Of a stretch of 64,000 nt of DNA, positions 8,874 through 18,496 are shown in pieces. A program made the translations under genes and the position numbers. Each line of letters opens with the position of its first letter. Position 1 is the first letter of the stretch. Source of the DNA: Sphingopyxis sp. RIFCSPHIGHO2_12_FULL_65_19 (GTDB lineage: Bacteria > Pseudomonadota > Alphaproteobacteria > Sphingomonadales > Sphingomonadaceae); contig NZ_MIAM01000014.1 of the NCBI RefSeq assembly GCF_001830555.1, positions 1,332 to 65,331 on the forward strand, given 5' to 3'. The notes beneath the pieces are model-generated. The model worked only from the letters and a program-made list of their open reading frames with translations, was not told the origin of the DNA and did no database searches.

Positions 8874-10454
8874 ATGATGCCCGGCACCCCTCCCCCCTAT
8901 GACGTCATCATTGTCGGCGGCGGCGTCAATGGCGCGGGCGCCGCGCGCGACGCCGCCGGGCGCGGCGCCCGCGTGCTGTTGATCGAGGCAGGCGACCTTG
9001 CGCAAGGCACCTCGTCGAAATCGACCAAGCTGATCCATGGCGGGCTGCGCTATCTGGAACATTATGAATTCGGCCTGGTGCGCGAGGCGCTGAAGGAGCG
9101 CGAGATATTGTGGGGCATTGCGCCGCATATCATCCGGCCGTTGCGCTTTGTGCTGCCGCACCGGCCGGGGCTGCGCCCGCGCTGGCTGCTGCGACTCGGC
9201 CTGTTCCTTTACGATCATATCGGCGGGCGCAAGAAACTGCCCGCGACGCGTTCGATCGATCTGTCCCGCCACGTCGCGGGCGGACCGCTCCAACCGCAAT
9301 ATCGGCACGGATTCGAATATTCGGACGGCTGGGTCGACGACGCGCGGCTGGTCGTGCTCAACGCGCGCGACGCCGCCGACCATGGCGCCAGGGTGCGCAC
9401 GCGCACCCGCGCCGAGATGCTGCGCTGCGAGGATGGTTTATGGATCGTCGACGCCCGCGACGAACTGGGACATCAATATCGCTTCACCGGCCGCAGCATC
9501 GTCAACGCGGCGGGACCGGCGGTCCTCGACCTTTTGAAGCGCGCCGACGCCGAGCCCGACCACCAGATGCGGCTGGTGCGCGGATCGCATATCGTCGTGC
9601 GCAGGATCTTCGAGCATGATTATGCCTATTTCTTCCAATTGCCCGACGGGCGCATCTTCTTTGCGATCCCCTATGAGCGCGACTTCACGCTGATCGGGAC
9701 AACCGATCAGGACCATGACGGGCCGGCAAGCGAAGCGAAGGCGAGCGACGAAGAGATCGCCTATCTTTGCGAAGGCGCGAGCCTGTATTTCCGTGCGCCC
9801 ATCACCCCCGCCGACGTCGTGTGGACCTATTCGGGGGTTCGGCCGCTGATCGAGGACGGGTCGGGGCGCCCGGAGGCCGCGACGCGCGGATACCGGATCG
9901 ACCTCGACATGGCCGAAGGCGCGCCGCTGCTCACCATCTATGGCGGAAAGATTACCAGCTATCGCCATGTTGCCGAGGCCGCGGTCGACGCGCTGGCGGG
10001 GCACATCCCTGCGCTGACCGGAAAGGACTGGACCGCGAAGGCGCCGCTGCCCGGCGGCAATTTCGCCACCGATGGCGCCGCGGCGCTCAAGGCCGAATAT
10101 AAACTGGCCTTCCCCTTTCTAACTGCCGCGACGGTCGACCGCATCGCACAGGCCTATGGCACCGACGCGCGGCACTGGCTGGCGGACGCCACCGACTGGG
10201 CCGCATTGGGCGGCGAGATTGCGCATGGGCTGAGCGTTGCCGAATTGCGTTGGATGGTGACGCACGAATGGGCGCGCACCACCGACGACATCCTTTGGCG
10301 GCGCAGCAAGCTGGGGCTGCATTTCACCCCCGACGAAACCGCACGCCTTGCTGGCTATGTCGAACGTTTCGCGGCCGAAGCGCGGCTGGCCGATGCCGCG
10401 TTTTTCGGCGACATGCTGAATCACGGATCGGCGGCGAGCGGCTCAGGCGACTAG
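8874..10454 (+). CDS. glpD: FAD-dependent glycerol-3-phosphate dehydrogenase
   Basis: GGGVNG, TSSKSTKLIHGGLRYLE, GVRPL, GGKITSYR; the 3' end overlaps the convergent SDR gene by 12 bp. Confidence 0.93.
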   Translation: MMPGTPPPYDVIIVGGGVNGAGAARDAAGRGARVLLIEAGDLAQGTSSKSTKLIHGGLRYLEHYEFGLVREALKEREILWGIAPHIIRPLRFVLPHRPGLRPRWLLRLGLFLYDHIGGRKKLPATRSIDLSRHVAGGPLQPQYRHGFEYSDGWVDDARLVVLNARDAADHGARVRTRTRAEMLRCEDGLWIVDARDELGHQYRFTGRSIVNAAGPAVLDLLKRADAEPDHQMRLVRGSHIVVRRIFEHDYAYFFQLPDGRIFFAIPYERDFTLIGTTDQDHDGPASEAKASDEEIAYLCEGASLYFRAPITPADVVWTYSGVRPLIEDGSGRPEAATRGYRIDLDMAEGAPLLTIYGGKITSYRHVAEAAVDALAGHIPALTGKDWTAKAPLPGGNFATDGAAALKAEYKLAFPFLTAATVDRIAQAYGTDARHWLADATDWAALGGEIAHGLSVAELRWMVTHEWARTTDDILWRRSKLGLHFTPDETARLAGYVERFAAEARLADAAFFGDMLNHGSAASGSGD

Positions 10455-11180
10455 CGCGATCGCGTCGGCGCCCGCGGGGAAATGCGGCCGTCCCGTCTGG
10501 TCGTGCACCGCCTGCCACACCGCCTTGGCGACATCGGCCTCGGTCGTGAACAGCGCGGGCTCGGCCATCGCGGCGAGGATCGGTGCGGCATAGCTGCCAT
10601 AAGGTTCGGGCAGGACGTCCTCGAGGCGGATATCGGTGTTCTGCGCGAAGGCGGTCGTCGGGCCATAGCCGGGCTCGACCAGCTTCACCACGATGCCGAG
10701 CGGCGCGAGTTCGTGCGCGAGGCTGCCCGTGAAGCCCTGGATCGCGGTCTTGCTGCCCGTATAGGCGGCGGCGAGCGGGAAAGAGGCGAGCGTCGCCGAC
10801 GAGGTGATGTTGACGATCGTGCCCGAGCCGCGTGCCCGCATTTGTGGGATCACCGCCTGTGTCATCGCGATCGTGCCGAGGGTGTTGGTGGCATAGACGT
10901 CGCGGATTTTCGGCATAGGCGAATGTTCGAGCGCGCCGAACAGGCCGACGCCGGCGTTGTTGACGAGCACGTCGATCGGCCCCGCCAGTTCGAGCGCGAG
11001 CGCGATGCTCTCGGCGTCGGTGACGTCGAGGGCGATGACGCGCAGGCGATCAGACGCGGGAAAGAGGTCGCGGCGCGGGCTCCGCATCGTGGCGATGACG
11101 TTCCAGCCTTTGGCGTGGAAATGGCATGCGATTTCGCGGCCATATCCCGACGAGCAGCCAGTGATGAGGATCGTTTTCAT
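10443..11180 (-). CDS. Short-chain dehydrogenase/reductase
   Basis: TGCSSGYG, NNAG, YTGSK (YxxxK); start set at MKTILITG. Confidence 0.9.
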   Translation of the reverse strand: MKTILITGCSSGYGREIACHFHAKGWNVIATMRSPRRDLFPASDRLRVIALDVTDAESIALALELAGPIDVLVNNAGVGLFGALEHSPMPKIRDVYATNTLGTIAMTQAVIPQMRARGSGTIVNITSSATLASFPLAAAYTGSKTAIQGFTGSLAHELAPLGIVVKLVEPGYGPTTAFAQNTDIRLEDVLPEPYGSYAAPILAAMAEPALFTTEADVAKAVWQAVHDQTGRPHFPAGADAIALVA

Positions 11181-11277
11181 GGAGGCTTTCCTTTTGAAGC
11201 TGGTGGAAAGCATCTAGCCAAGCGCAATCGGACTATCTATAATTTCAAATCCATATTTAGTTATTGATAGTCCAGAT

Positions 11278-12174
11278 ATGTCTGATCCTTTGTCCGACCT
11301 TATCGCGCTTCTCCGCCCCCGCACCGTTTTTTCAAAAGGGATCAGCGGCGCCGGGAACTGGTCGGTGCGTTATGGCGATTTCGGCCATCCGGGCTTTTGC
11401 ACGGTGATCGAGGGGCGGTGCCGGCTCGCAGTCGATGGTGCGGAGGCGGTGACGCTCGATGCGGGGGATTTCGTCTTCCTTCCCGCGACGCCGGGCTTCA
11501 CCATGTCGGGGTTCGAGCCCGCCGATCCGGTGTTTATCGACCCGCACGCCGCAGCCGGGATTGCCCAGAACATACGTCATGGCCGGCAGGAAGGCGACGC
11601 CGATGTGCGGATGCTGGGCGGCTATTTTGTCTTCGATTCGCCCGACGCGGACCTGCTCGTGTCGCAGCTTCCCGCGCTGATCCATTTGCGCGGCGCCGAA
11701 AGGCTGACGACGCTTGTCCAACTGGTGCGCGAAGAAGCGGGCGCGGAGCGGCCGGGATGCGACCTGATCCTCTCCCGGCTCGTCGAGGTGCTGATCGTCG
11801 AAGCGTTACGATCGGTCGAGGGGAACGATGCGCCGCCGGGATTGCTGCGGGCCTTAAGCGATCCGCGGCTCGCGGCGGCGATCCGGCATATCCACGAGGA
11901 GCCCGCGCATCCGTGGACCGTGGCCGAACTGGCGAAAGAGGCCGCGCTGTCGCGTTCGGCATTCTTCGACCGCTTCGCGCGCACCGTCGGGGTGTCCCCG
12001 ATGGAATATCTGCAAGGATGGCGGATGAGCCTCGCCAAGGATTTGCTTCGTCGCAATGCAGGCGGGCTGGCCGAGATCGCCGAACGCGTCGGCTATGGAT
12101 CGGCGAGCGCGTTCAGCACCGCCTTTACGCGTCATGTCGGAATGCCGCCGAAACGTTATGCGATGGCGGCCTAA
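11278..12174 (+). CDS. AraC-family transcriptional regulator with N-terminal cupin, divergent from the SDR
   Basis: C-terminal double HTH: WTVAELAKEAALSRSAF...IAERVGYGSASAFSTAF. Confidence 0.92.
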   Translation: MSDPLSDLIALLRPRTVFSKGISGAGNWSVRYGDFGHPGFCTVIEGRCRLAVDGAEAVTLDAGDFVFLPATPGFTMSGFEPADPVFIDPHAAAGIAQNIRHGRQEGDADVRMLGGYFVFDSPDADLLVSQLPALIHLRGAERLTTLVQLVREEAGAERPGCDLILSRLVEVLIVEALRSVEGNDAPPGLLRALSDPRLAAAIRHIHEEPAHPWTVAELAKEAALSRSAFFDRFARTVGVSPMEYLQGWRMSLAKDLLRRNAGGLAEIAERVGYGSASAFSTAFTRHVGMPPKRYAMAA

Positions 12175-12833
12175 TCGACGCCCAATTGTCCGGCGAGCTT
12201 GGCGCGCCTCACTTTCCAGGTTCCGGCGAGTATCGGCACGTCGCGCAATGCGCTGAGGTCCGCGAGGCGATCCTTCGCCTCCCCGCCGATCAGCAAGGCG
12301 AACAGCGATGCCAGCGGCCATTCGGGATAGGGCCGCTCGACCAGACTCAGGGCATCGCCCGCTTTCACCAGACCCGGTTCGAGCACGCGGTAATACCAGC
12401 CCGTCCGGCGCGTCTTCACCACCTGTGCCATCACGCCCTTCGCCCCGAAACGATGATCGAGTTTCCAGCACGGCTGGCGCGCCTGCGTGACCTCGACCAG
12501 CGCGCTGCCGAGGCGAAAGCGGTCGCCGAGGAAAACGCTGTTTTCGTCGAGGCCGGTGGTCGAGATATTCTCCCCGAACGCACCGGGCGCATCGAGCAGG
12601 GGCGCGTCGCGCAGAAACCCGCGCCACCAGTCATAATGGTCGGCGGGATAATGGTGGATCGCCTTGTCGATGCCGCCATGCACGGTCCGGTCGGCCTGTT
12701 CGTCGCCGGCCAGGCCCATCGCGCCGACCGCGACCGCGTGCGCCACCGGCAGCTTGCCGATGGCGCTCGGTTCGTCGTCGCCGCGGAAGGGACGGACCTT
12801 GCCTAGGAGGACGGCTAGAATCTCGGCGTTCAT
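12171..12833 (-). CDS. MOSC-domain protein (YiiM-like)
   Basis: GDEQAD...HGG.DKA, FGENIST, RQPCWKL, RTGWYYRV. Confidence 0.88.
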   Translation of the reverse strand: MNAEILAVLLGKVRPFRGDDEPSAIGKLPVAHAVAVGAMGLAGDEQADRTVHGGIDKAIHHYPADHYDWWRGFLRDAPLLDAPGAFGENISTTGLDENSVFLGDRFRLGSALVEVTQARQPCWKLDHRFGAKGVMAQVVKTRRTGWYYRVLEPGLVKAGDALSLVERPYPEWPLASLFALLIGGEAKDRLADLSALRDVPILAGTWKVRRAKLAGQLGVD

Positions 12834-12873
12834 GGCGATGATTGCATAGGCCCCACCGCCGAAATGGCAATCG

Positions 12874-14037
12874 TCAGGCTTGCGCCAGCACCACAGGTTT
12901 CCGTGCCCGCGCTGCCAGCACGATCACAAGACCCGCAACCGCCATCACGGCGCCCGCAATCGATACTGCCGGAAAGCCGAGGCCGAGGCCGATCACACCG
13001 CCGCCGACCGCGGCGCCAATCGCATTGCCAAGGTTGAACGCGCCGATATTGACCGCCGAGGCAAGGTTGGGCGCATCCGACGCAGCCTCCATCACGCGCA
13101 TCTGGAGCGGCGGGACGATGGCGAAGGTCGCGACGCCCCACAGGAAGATCGTGACCGCCGCCGCGACGGGCGAGTACATGGTGACCGCAAACAACAGGAG
13201 CATCGCCGCCAGCCCGGTGAGCGAGACGATCAGCGTGCGGTCGATCGAGCGATCGGCGAACACCCCGCCGAGCCAGTTGCCGGCAGTGAGGCCGAGTCCA
13301 TAGATCACCAGCATCGCGGTTATGAACAAGGTCCCTGCCCCTGTCGCTTCGGTCAGGATCGGCGCGATATAGGTGAAGACGGTGAACATCGCCGCCGAAC
13401 CGATCGCGGTCAGCGCGAGCGCGACGAGCACTTCGCGGCGCTTCAGCACGCCCAGTTCGGCGAGCATGTTGCCGCCCTCGGCACGCGGGAGGTCGGGCAG
13501 CGCGAAGCGCAGCGCGGCCATCGTAAAGAGGCCCCAGACCGCGATGATGCCGAAGGCGGTGCGCCAGCCGAACGTCTCGCCGACCCAGGGCGCGAGCGGC
13601 ACCCCGATCACATTGGCGAGCGTCAGCCCCATGAACATCGCGGCGACCGCGCTGGCGCGCTTTTCGGGCGCGACGAGGCTCGCCGCCACGACCGAGCCGA
13701 CGCCGAAAAAGGCACCATGGTTGAGCGAGGTGATGACGCGCGCGATCATCAGCGTCGTATAATCGCCTGCAATCGCCGAGAGGAAATTGCCGAGCGTGAA
13801 GATCGCCATCAGGCCGATCAGCAAGGTGCGGCGGTTCAGCCGCGCGGTGGTCAGCGTCATCAGCGGCGCGCCGAGCATCACCCCGAGCGCATAGGCCGAC
13901 ACCAGCAGCCCGGCGGCGGGGATCGACACCCCCAGCCCGTCGGCCATGTCGGGGAGCAACCCCATGGGTGCAAATTCGGTGATGCCGATGCCGAAGGCGC
14001 CGATAGAGAGCGCCACGAGGGGAAAGTTGATTTTCAT
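12874..14037 (-). CDS. MFS efflux transporter (DHA1/AraJ-like)
   Basis: 387 aa, about 12 hydrophobic segments, GITEFAPMGLLP, ARVITSLNHGAFFG. Confidence 0.88.
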   Translation of the reverse strand: MKINFPLVALSIGAFGIGITEFAPMGLLPDMADGLGVSIPAAGLLVSAYALGVMLGAPLMTLTTARLNRRTLLIGLMAIFTLGNFLSAIAGDYTTLMIARVITSLNHGAFFGVGSVVAASLVAPEKRASAVAAMFMGLTLANVIGVPLAPWVGETFGWRTAFGIIAVWGLFTMAALRFALPDLPRAEGGNMLAELGVLKRREVLVALALTAIGSAAMFTVFTYIAPILTEATGAGTLFITAMLVIYGLGLTAGNWLGGVFADRSIDRTLIVSLTGLAAMLLLFAVTMYSPVAAAVTIFLWGVATFAIVPPLQMRVMEAASDAPNLASAVNIGAFNLGNAIGAAVGGGVIGLGLGFPAVSIAGAVMAVAGLVIVLAARARKPVVLAQA

Positions 14038-14051
14038 GTCGGTTCTTCCGA

Positions 14052-15086
14052 TCAGACGAGCGGCGGGTTCAGCCGGGCAAAGCCCGCCTGCTGCCGGTAT
14101 GGCGTGTGCGGATAGGGCGGCAGCACGTCGCTCGCGGCGTCGAGCGCCGCCACTTGCTCCGCAGTGAGCGCCCAGCCGACGGCGCCGAGATTCTGCCTGA
14201 GCTGCTCTTCATTGCGCGCGCCGATGATCACCGACGACACGGTCGGGCGCCGAAGCAGCCAGTTGATCGCGACCTGCGGCACCGTCTTGCCGGTTTCGGC
14301 GGCGACAAGGTCCAGCGCGTCGATCACGCGGTAGAGCAGCTCGTCGGCCACCGGCGGCGCAAATTGTTCGGTTTCGTGAAGGCGGCTGCCCGCGGGAACG
14401 GGTCGGTCGCGGCCGATCTTGCCGGTCAGGCGACCCCAGCCGAGCGGGCTCCACACCAGCGCCCCGACCCCCTGATCGGCGGCAAGCGGCATCAAATCGG
14501 CTTCATAGGCGCGGCCGATCAGCGAATAATAGACCTGGTGCGCGACAAGGCGCGGTTTGCCGAGCCGGTCGGCGGCAGCCTGCGCCTTCATCAGCTGCCA
14601 GCCGGGATAGTTGGAGACCCCGGCGTAGCGCAGCTTGCCCGCGGCGATCAGGGTGGCGAGCGTGTCCATCACTTCGTCGACCGGGGTCGACGCGTCGAAG
14701 GCGTGAAGCTGGAGCAGGTCGATATGGTCGGTGCCAAGGCGGCGGAGCGCGGCATCGACCGCGCCGATCAACCGACTGCGCGAGGCGCCCCAGTCCCGCG
14801 GACCGTCGCCCATCGGCAGGCCGGTCTTGGTCGAAATGAGCACCGCGTCGCGCCGCCCCTTGATGGCTTCGCCCAGGATCGTTTCGGACGCGCCGTCCGA
14901 ATAGACATCGGCGGTGTCGAACAGCGTGACCCCGGCATCGAGGCTGATGTCGATCAGGCGCCGCGCCTCGGCGGCGTCGCTCGTGCCCCACGCGCTGAAC
15001 AGCGGCCCCCGACCGCCGAACGTGCCGGTTCCAAAGCTCAGCGCCGGGACGCGCAGTCCCGATGATCCCAATTGACGATATTCCAT
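14052..15086 (-). CDS. Aldo/keto reductase
   Basis: FDTADVY, ISTK, DLLQLH, GVSN, VWSPL, IIGARNEEQL. Confidence 0.92.
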   Translation of the reverse strand: MEYRQLGSSGLRVPALSFGTGTFGGRGPLFSAWGTSDAAEARRLIDISLDAGVTLFDTADVYSDGASETILGEAIKGRRDAVLISTKTGLPMGDGPRDWGASRSRLIGAVDAALRRLGTDHIDLLQLHAFDASTPVDEVMDTLATLIAAGKLRYAGVSNYPGWQLMKAQAAADRLGKPRLVAHQVYYSLIGRAYEADLMPLAADQGVGALVWSPLGWGRLTGKIGRDRPVPAGSRLHETEQFAPPVADELLYRVIDALDLVAAETGKTVPQVAINWLLRRPTVSSVIIGARNEEQLRQNLGAVGWALTAEQVAALDAASDVLPPYPHTPYRQQAGFARLNPPLV

Positions 15087-15140
15087 GATCCTGCCCTTTC
15101 ATTTGCGAGTCGGAGCCAGACGACTTCAAACCGGCCCGTC

Positions 15141-15251
15141 CCTGTTCCCCCGCGAAGGCGGGGGGCCATCTCCAAGGCTTTCGCCTCCCACCGCCGTCGG
15201 CTCGACATGGCAGCGGCAGGTGATGGGCCCCCGCCTTCGCGGGGGAACGGG
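15141..15251. repeat. REP-like palindrome (TTCCCCCGCGAAGGCGGGGG...CCCCGCCTTCGCGGGGGAA)
   Basis: Same core as 4553-4632; lies in the divergent AKR/LysR promoter region. Confidence 0.85.
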
Positions 15252-15356
15252 TTTGGGAATAGCAAAGGTCATCATGCTCTAGACGCATAGATGGACGCGC
15301 AGCTCTGCACACAGTAGCGTCGCAAAAAGCGAAAGATTTTTGAAATGAACGCAAAG

Positions 15357-16259
15357 ATGGACAATGGCGGCGACCGCGCACGGTCGATGGAGGTGTTCGC
15401 AGCGACGATTGCCGAGGGCAGCTTTTCGGCGGCCGGGCGCTGCCTGGGCCTGACTCCGTCGGCGGTGAGCCGCACGATCGACCGGATCGAGGCGCGGCTG
15501 GGCGTGCGCTTGCTTTTGCGCTCGACGCGCGGCTTGACGATGACCGCCGAGGGTGAGGCCTATCTGCGCGCGGCGCGGCGCATCCTGGCCGACCTTGGCG
15601 ATGCCGAACAGGCGATCGCCGATCAGGGCGCGCCGCGCGGGCGGCTGCGCGTCAGCGCGGCGCAGGCGCATGGGCGGCTGACCATCGTGCCGCTGATCGG
15701 CGAGTTCGTGCGGCTGTATCCGCACATCGTCGTCGACATCAGCCTTGCCGACCGGCTGGTCGACATCGCGGCGGGACAGGCCGATGTCGCGATCCGCTTC
15801 GGCCCGCTTGCCGACAGTTCGCTCACCGCGCGCAAGCTTGGCGAAAGCCGCCGCGTGATCGTTGCTTCGCCCGCTTATCTGGCGGCGCACGGCACGCCCA
15901 AGATACCCGAGGATCTGCACGGCCATAATTGCCTGAACTTCAATTTCCGCCGCGCCGAGCCGGTATGGCCGTTCCGAGATGGCGAGCGGGACTATGCCCT
16001 GTCGGTGCGGGGGAATATCGAGGCGAACAATGGCGAGACGCTGGGCCAGCTTGCCGCCGCCGGGGTCGGCATCGCGCGCGTCGGCGCGTTCAGCATCGCC
16101 GACCAGATCGCAGGCGGCGCCCTGGTGCCGATATTGGAGGACTATAATCCCGGCGACATCGAGGCGATCCACGCCGTGTTCGCGGGCGGCGCGAACACCC
16201 CGGCGCGGGTGCGGGTGTTCGTCGATTTCCTGGGCGAGCGTTTGGGGCGGGGTGCGTGA
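15357..16259 (+). CDS. LysR-family transcriptional regulator
   Basis: GSFSAAGRCLGLTPSAVSRTIDRIEARLGVRLLLRSTR HTH; alternative start 15345. Confidence 0.93.
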   Translation: MDNGGDRARSMEVFAATIAEGSFSAAGRCLGLTPSAVSRTIDRIEARLGVRLLLRSTRGLTMTAEGEAYLRAARRILADLGDAEQAIADQGAPRGRLRVSAAQAHGRLTIVPLIGEFVRLYPHIVVDISLADRLVDIAAGQADVAIRFGPLADSSLTARKLGESRRVIVASPAYLAAHGTPKIPEDLHGHNCLNFNFRRAEPVWPFRDGERDYALSVRGNIEANNGETLGQLAAAGVGIARVGAFSIADQIAGGALVPILEDYNPGDIEAIHAVFAGGANTPARVRVFVDFLGERLGRGA

Positions 16260-16330
16260 GGCGGGAGCTGCCGCTTTGTCTCCCTTCGGCATGGGAAACG
16301 ACAGCTTTCGACCAGAAACGGACGTAAAGT

Positions 16331-16463
16331 TCCTCCCCATCGACTTGCGATGGGGAGGTGGCAGCCCGCAGGGCTGACGGAGGGGTAATGGCGCAACGTT
16401 GCGGCCCCTCCACCACCGCCTGCGGCGGCGGTCCCCCTCCCCATCGCAAGTCGATGGGGAGGA
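16331..16463. repeat. Palindromic element (TCCTCCCCATCGACTTGCGATGGGGAGG...CCCCTCCACCACC...CCTCCCCATCGCAAGTCGATGGGGAGGA)
   Basis: Two terminal hairpins that are inverted copies of each other, with an internal stem. Confidence 0.85.
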
Positions 16464-16551
16464 TCGTCAACGCCCGCTCTCCACCCCACACCGGCCGCAT
16501 GCCATGTGGCCGGGTTGGGACAAGCCGATACAGATCGGCTATCGTGCGGAC

Positions 16552-17355
16552 ATGAATGACAAGATGATCCCCCTTCCCGTCCGCCGCCTCGGCCTTGCCG
16601 AAGCGGGCGACGCGATGCTGACGCGCAGCATCGCGATCGAGGCGCCGGTGTCGGTCGAGGTCGGCGGCATCGGCTATGCGGTGATGATGGCGACGCCCGC
16701 CGACCTTGAGGATTATGCCGTGGGCTTTGCGCTGGGCGAGGGGCTGGTCGAGACCGTCGATCAGATCGGGCGCGTCGATGCGCAACCGATCGAGGGCGGC
16801 TGGGCGCTGCGCATCTGGTTGCCGCCCGAGCGCAACGCGATCGCGCTCGAACGCGCGCGCAAGCGCGTGAGCGAGAGCAGCTGCGGGCTATGCGGGATCG
16901 AGAATATCGAAGAGGTTTTGCGGCCGTTGCCGCCCGTGACCGCGCGGATCGCGACCGATCGGCGGGCCATTGCGGCGGCGCTCGCGGCGCTGCGCGACCA
17001 TCAGCCGCTCGCGCGCGCGACCGGGGCGGTCCACGCCGCCGCCTTCTGCTCGCCCGCCGGCGCCATCCTGCTCGCGCGCGAGGATGTCGGGCGGCACAAT
17101 GCGCTCGACAAGCTGATCGGGGCGCTGGCGCGCGCTGGCACCGATCCGGCGAGCGGCTTTATCCTGTTGTCGGCGCGGTGCAGTTACGAGCTGGTCGAAA
17201 AGACGGTGCGTGCGGGATGCCCGATGCTCGTCACCCTATCGGCGCCGACCAGCCTGGCCGCCGCACGCGCGAGCGCGGCGGGACTGGCGCTCGTCGCGCT
17301 GGCCCGGACGGACTCGGCGCTGGTCGTCAGCGATCCGCACGGGATGATCGCATGA
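16552..17355 (+). CDS. fdhD: Formate dehydrogenase accessory sulfurtransferase FdhD
   Basis: SSCGLCG, TGAVHAAAF, EDVGRHNALDKLIG, SAPTSLA; start moved to 16552. Confidence 0.92.
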   Translation: MNDKMIPLPVRRLGLAEAGDAMLTRSIAIEAPVSVEVGGIGYAVMMATPADLEDYAVGFALGEGLVETVDQIGRVDAQPIEGGWALRIWLPPERNAIALERARKRVSESSCGLCGIENIEEVLRPLPPVTARIATDRRAIAAALAALRDHQPLARATGAVHAAAFCSPAGAILLAREDVGRHNALDKLIGALARAGTDPASGFILLSARCSYELVEKTVRAGCPMLVTLSAPTSLAAARASAAGLALVALARTDSALVVSDPHGMIA

Positions 17356-17861
17356 CGACGCTCGGCGCGGTGCTCGCCGGCGGGCGATCGAGCCGTTTCG
17401 GGTCGGACAAGGCGCTGGCGATGCTGGCGGGGCAAAGCTTGCTCGACCATGCGGTGGCGGCCCTCGCCCCGCATTGCGATGCCGTGATCATCGTCGGTCG
17501 CGGCGACGTCGCCGACTGGCCGCACGCCGACATGGGACCGCTGGGCGGCATCGCGGGGGCGTTGATCCACGCGGCGGCGACGGGTTTCGACCGGGTGCTG
17601 ACCGCGCCGGTCGATTGCGTGCGGCTGCCGGACGACCTGCGCGCGCTGCTCGAACCCGCGCCCGCCTTTCTCGACACGCAGCCGGTGATCGGGCTGTGGC
17701 CCGTCGCGGTGCTGAACGATATCAAGGCGATGCTGGAGGATGCGGGCGACCTTGCCGTCCGCGCTTTTGCGCGGCGGATCGGCGCGCGCGCGGTGGCGAG
17801 CGGCTTCGTGCCGCCGAACATCAACAGCCCCGACGACCTGACGCGCCTTGCCGCGTTATGA
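17352..17861 (+). CDS. mobA: Molybdenum cofactor guanylyltransferase
   Basis: VLAGGRSSRFGSDKA, GPLGGI, NINSPDDL; ATGA overlap with fdhD. Confidence 0.88.
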   Translation: MTTLGAVLAGGRSSRFGSDKALAMLAGQSLLDHAVAALAPHCDAVIIVGRGDVADWPHADMGPLGGIAGALIHAAATGFDRVLTAPVDCVRLPDDLRALLEPAPAFLDTQPVIGLWPVAVLNDIKAMLEDAGDLAVRAFARRIGARAVASGFVPPNINSPDDLTRLAAL

Positions 17862-18488
17862 CCCGCCGATGGCGTTCACGGTGAACGCCAAAATGCCCAT
17901 GTTGAAGACGAACGCCGCCATGCAATGGCCGAGCACGACGCGCCGCATGTGCGGGCCCGATATGGTGACGTCCGACGTCTGGAAGGTCATGCCCAGCGTG
18001 AAGGCGAAATAGAGGAAGTCCCAATAATCGGGCTCGCGGACGCCCGGCACCTCGATCCCGGCGAGGTCGCGGCCGCCGACCTGAAGATAATAGAGATGGG
18101 CATAGTGAAGCGTGAACACCATGTTCGCGAACAGCCACGCGAGCGCGAGTGTCGCGACGATCAGGATCACGTGGGGACGGCCCAACCGGCCCGGACTGGC
18201 GATCAGCGTGCCGACCGCAAACAGGATGACGAGCGACAGCAGCACCGTGATTGCAAGCAGGCCGAGGCGGTTCGCGTCATTGTCCGCCGCGCGGCGGCGC
18301 ATCCGGTCGGCATCGGCGCGAAACAGCGGGACGAGCGAGGCCAGAAAGACAAGCGCGGCGACATCAAAACCGATGAGGAACGCGGCGCGCGGATCGGCGC
18401 TCCATTGCAGCGCCGCGGCGGCCGCGCCGACGAACAGGACAGGGAAGACCAGGAAACGGACCGGCGCGATATGCCTGCCGACGGCCAC
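17856..18488 (-). CDS. DUF1345-family membrane protein
   Basis: FTLHYAHLYY, PDYWDFLYFAFTLGMTFQTSDV; GTG start just after the fdhF-like stop. Confidence 0.8.
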   Translation of the reverse strand: MAVGRHIAPVRFLVFPVLFVGAAAAALQWSADPRAAFLIGFDVAALVFLASLVPLFRADADRMRRRAADNDANRLGLLAITVLLSLVILFAVGTLIASPGRLGRPHVILIVATLALAWLFANMVFTLHYAHLYYLQVGGRDLAGIEVPGVREPDYWDFLYFAFTLGMTFQTSDVTISGPHMRRVVLGHCMAAFVFNMGILAFTVNAIGGS

Positions 18489-18496
18489 CCGGAGCG

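Noticed and set aside
10370-10454. Apparent C-terminal extension of GlpD overlapping the SDR stop
   Set aside because: Could mark an old insertion junction, but no target duplication or mobile-element end is visible.
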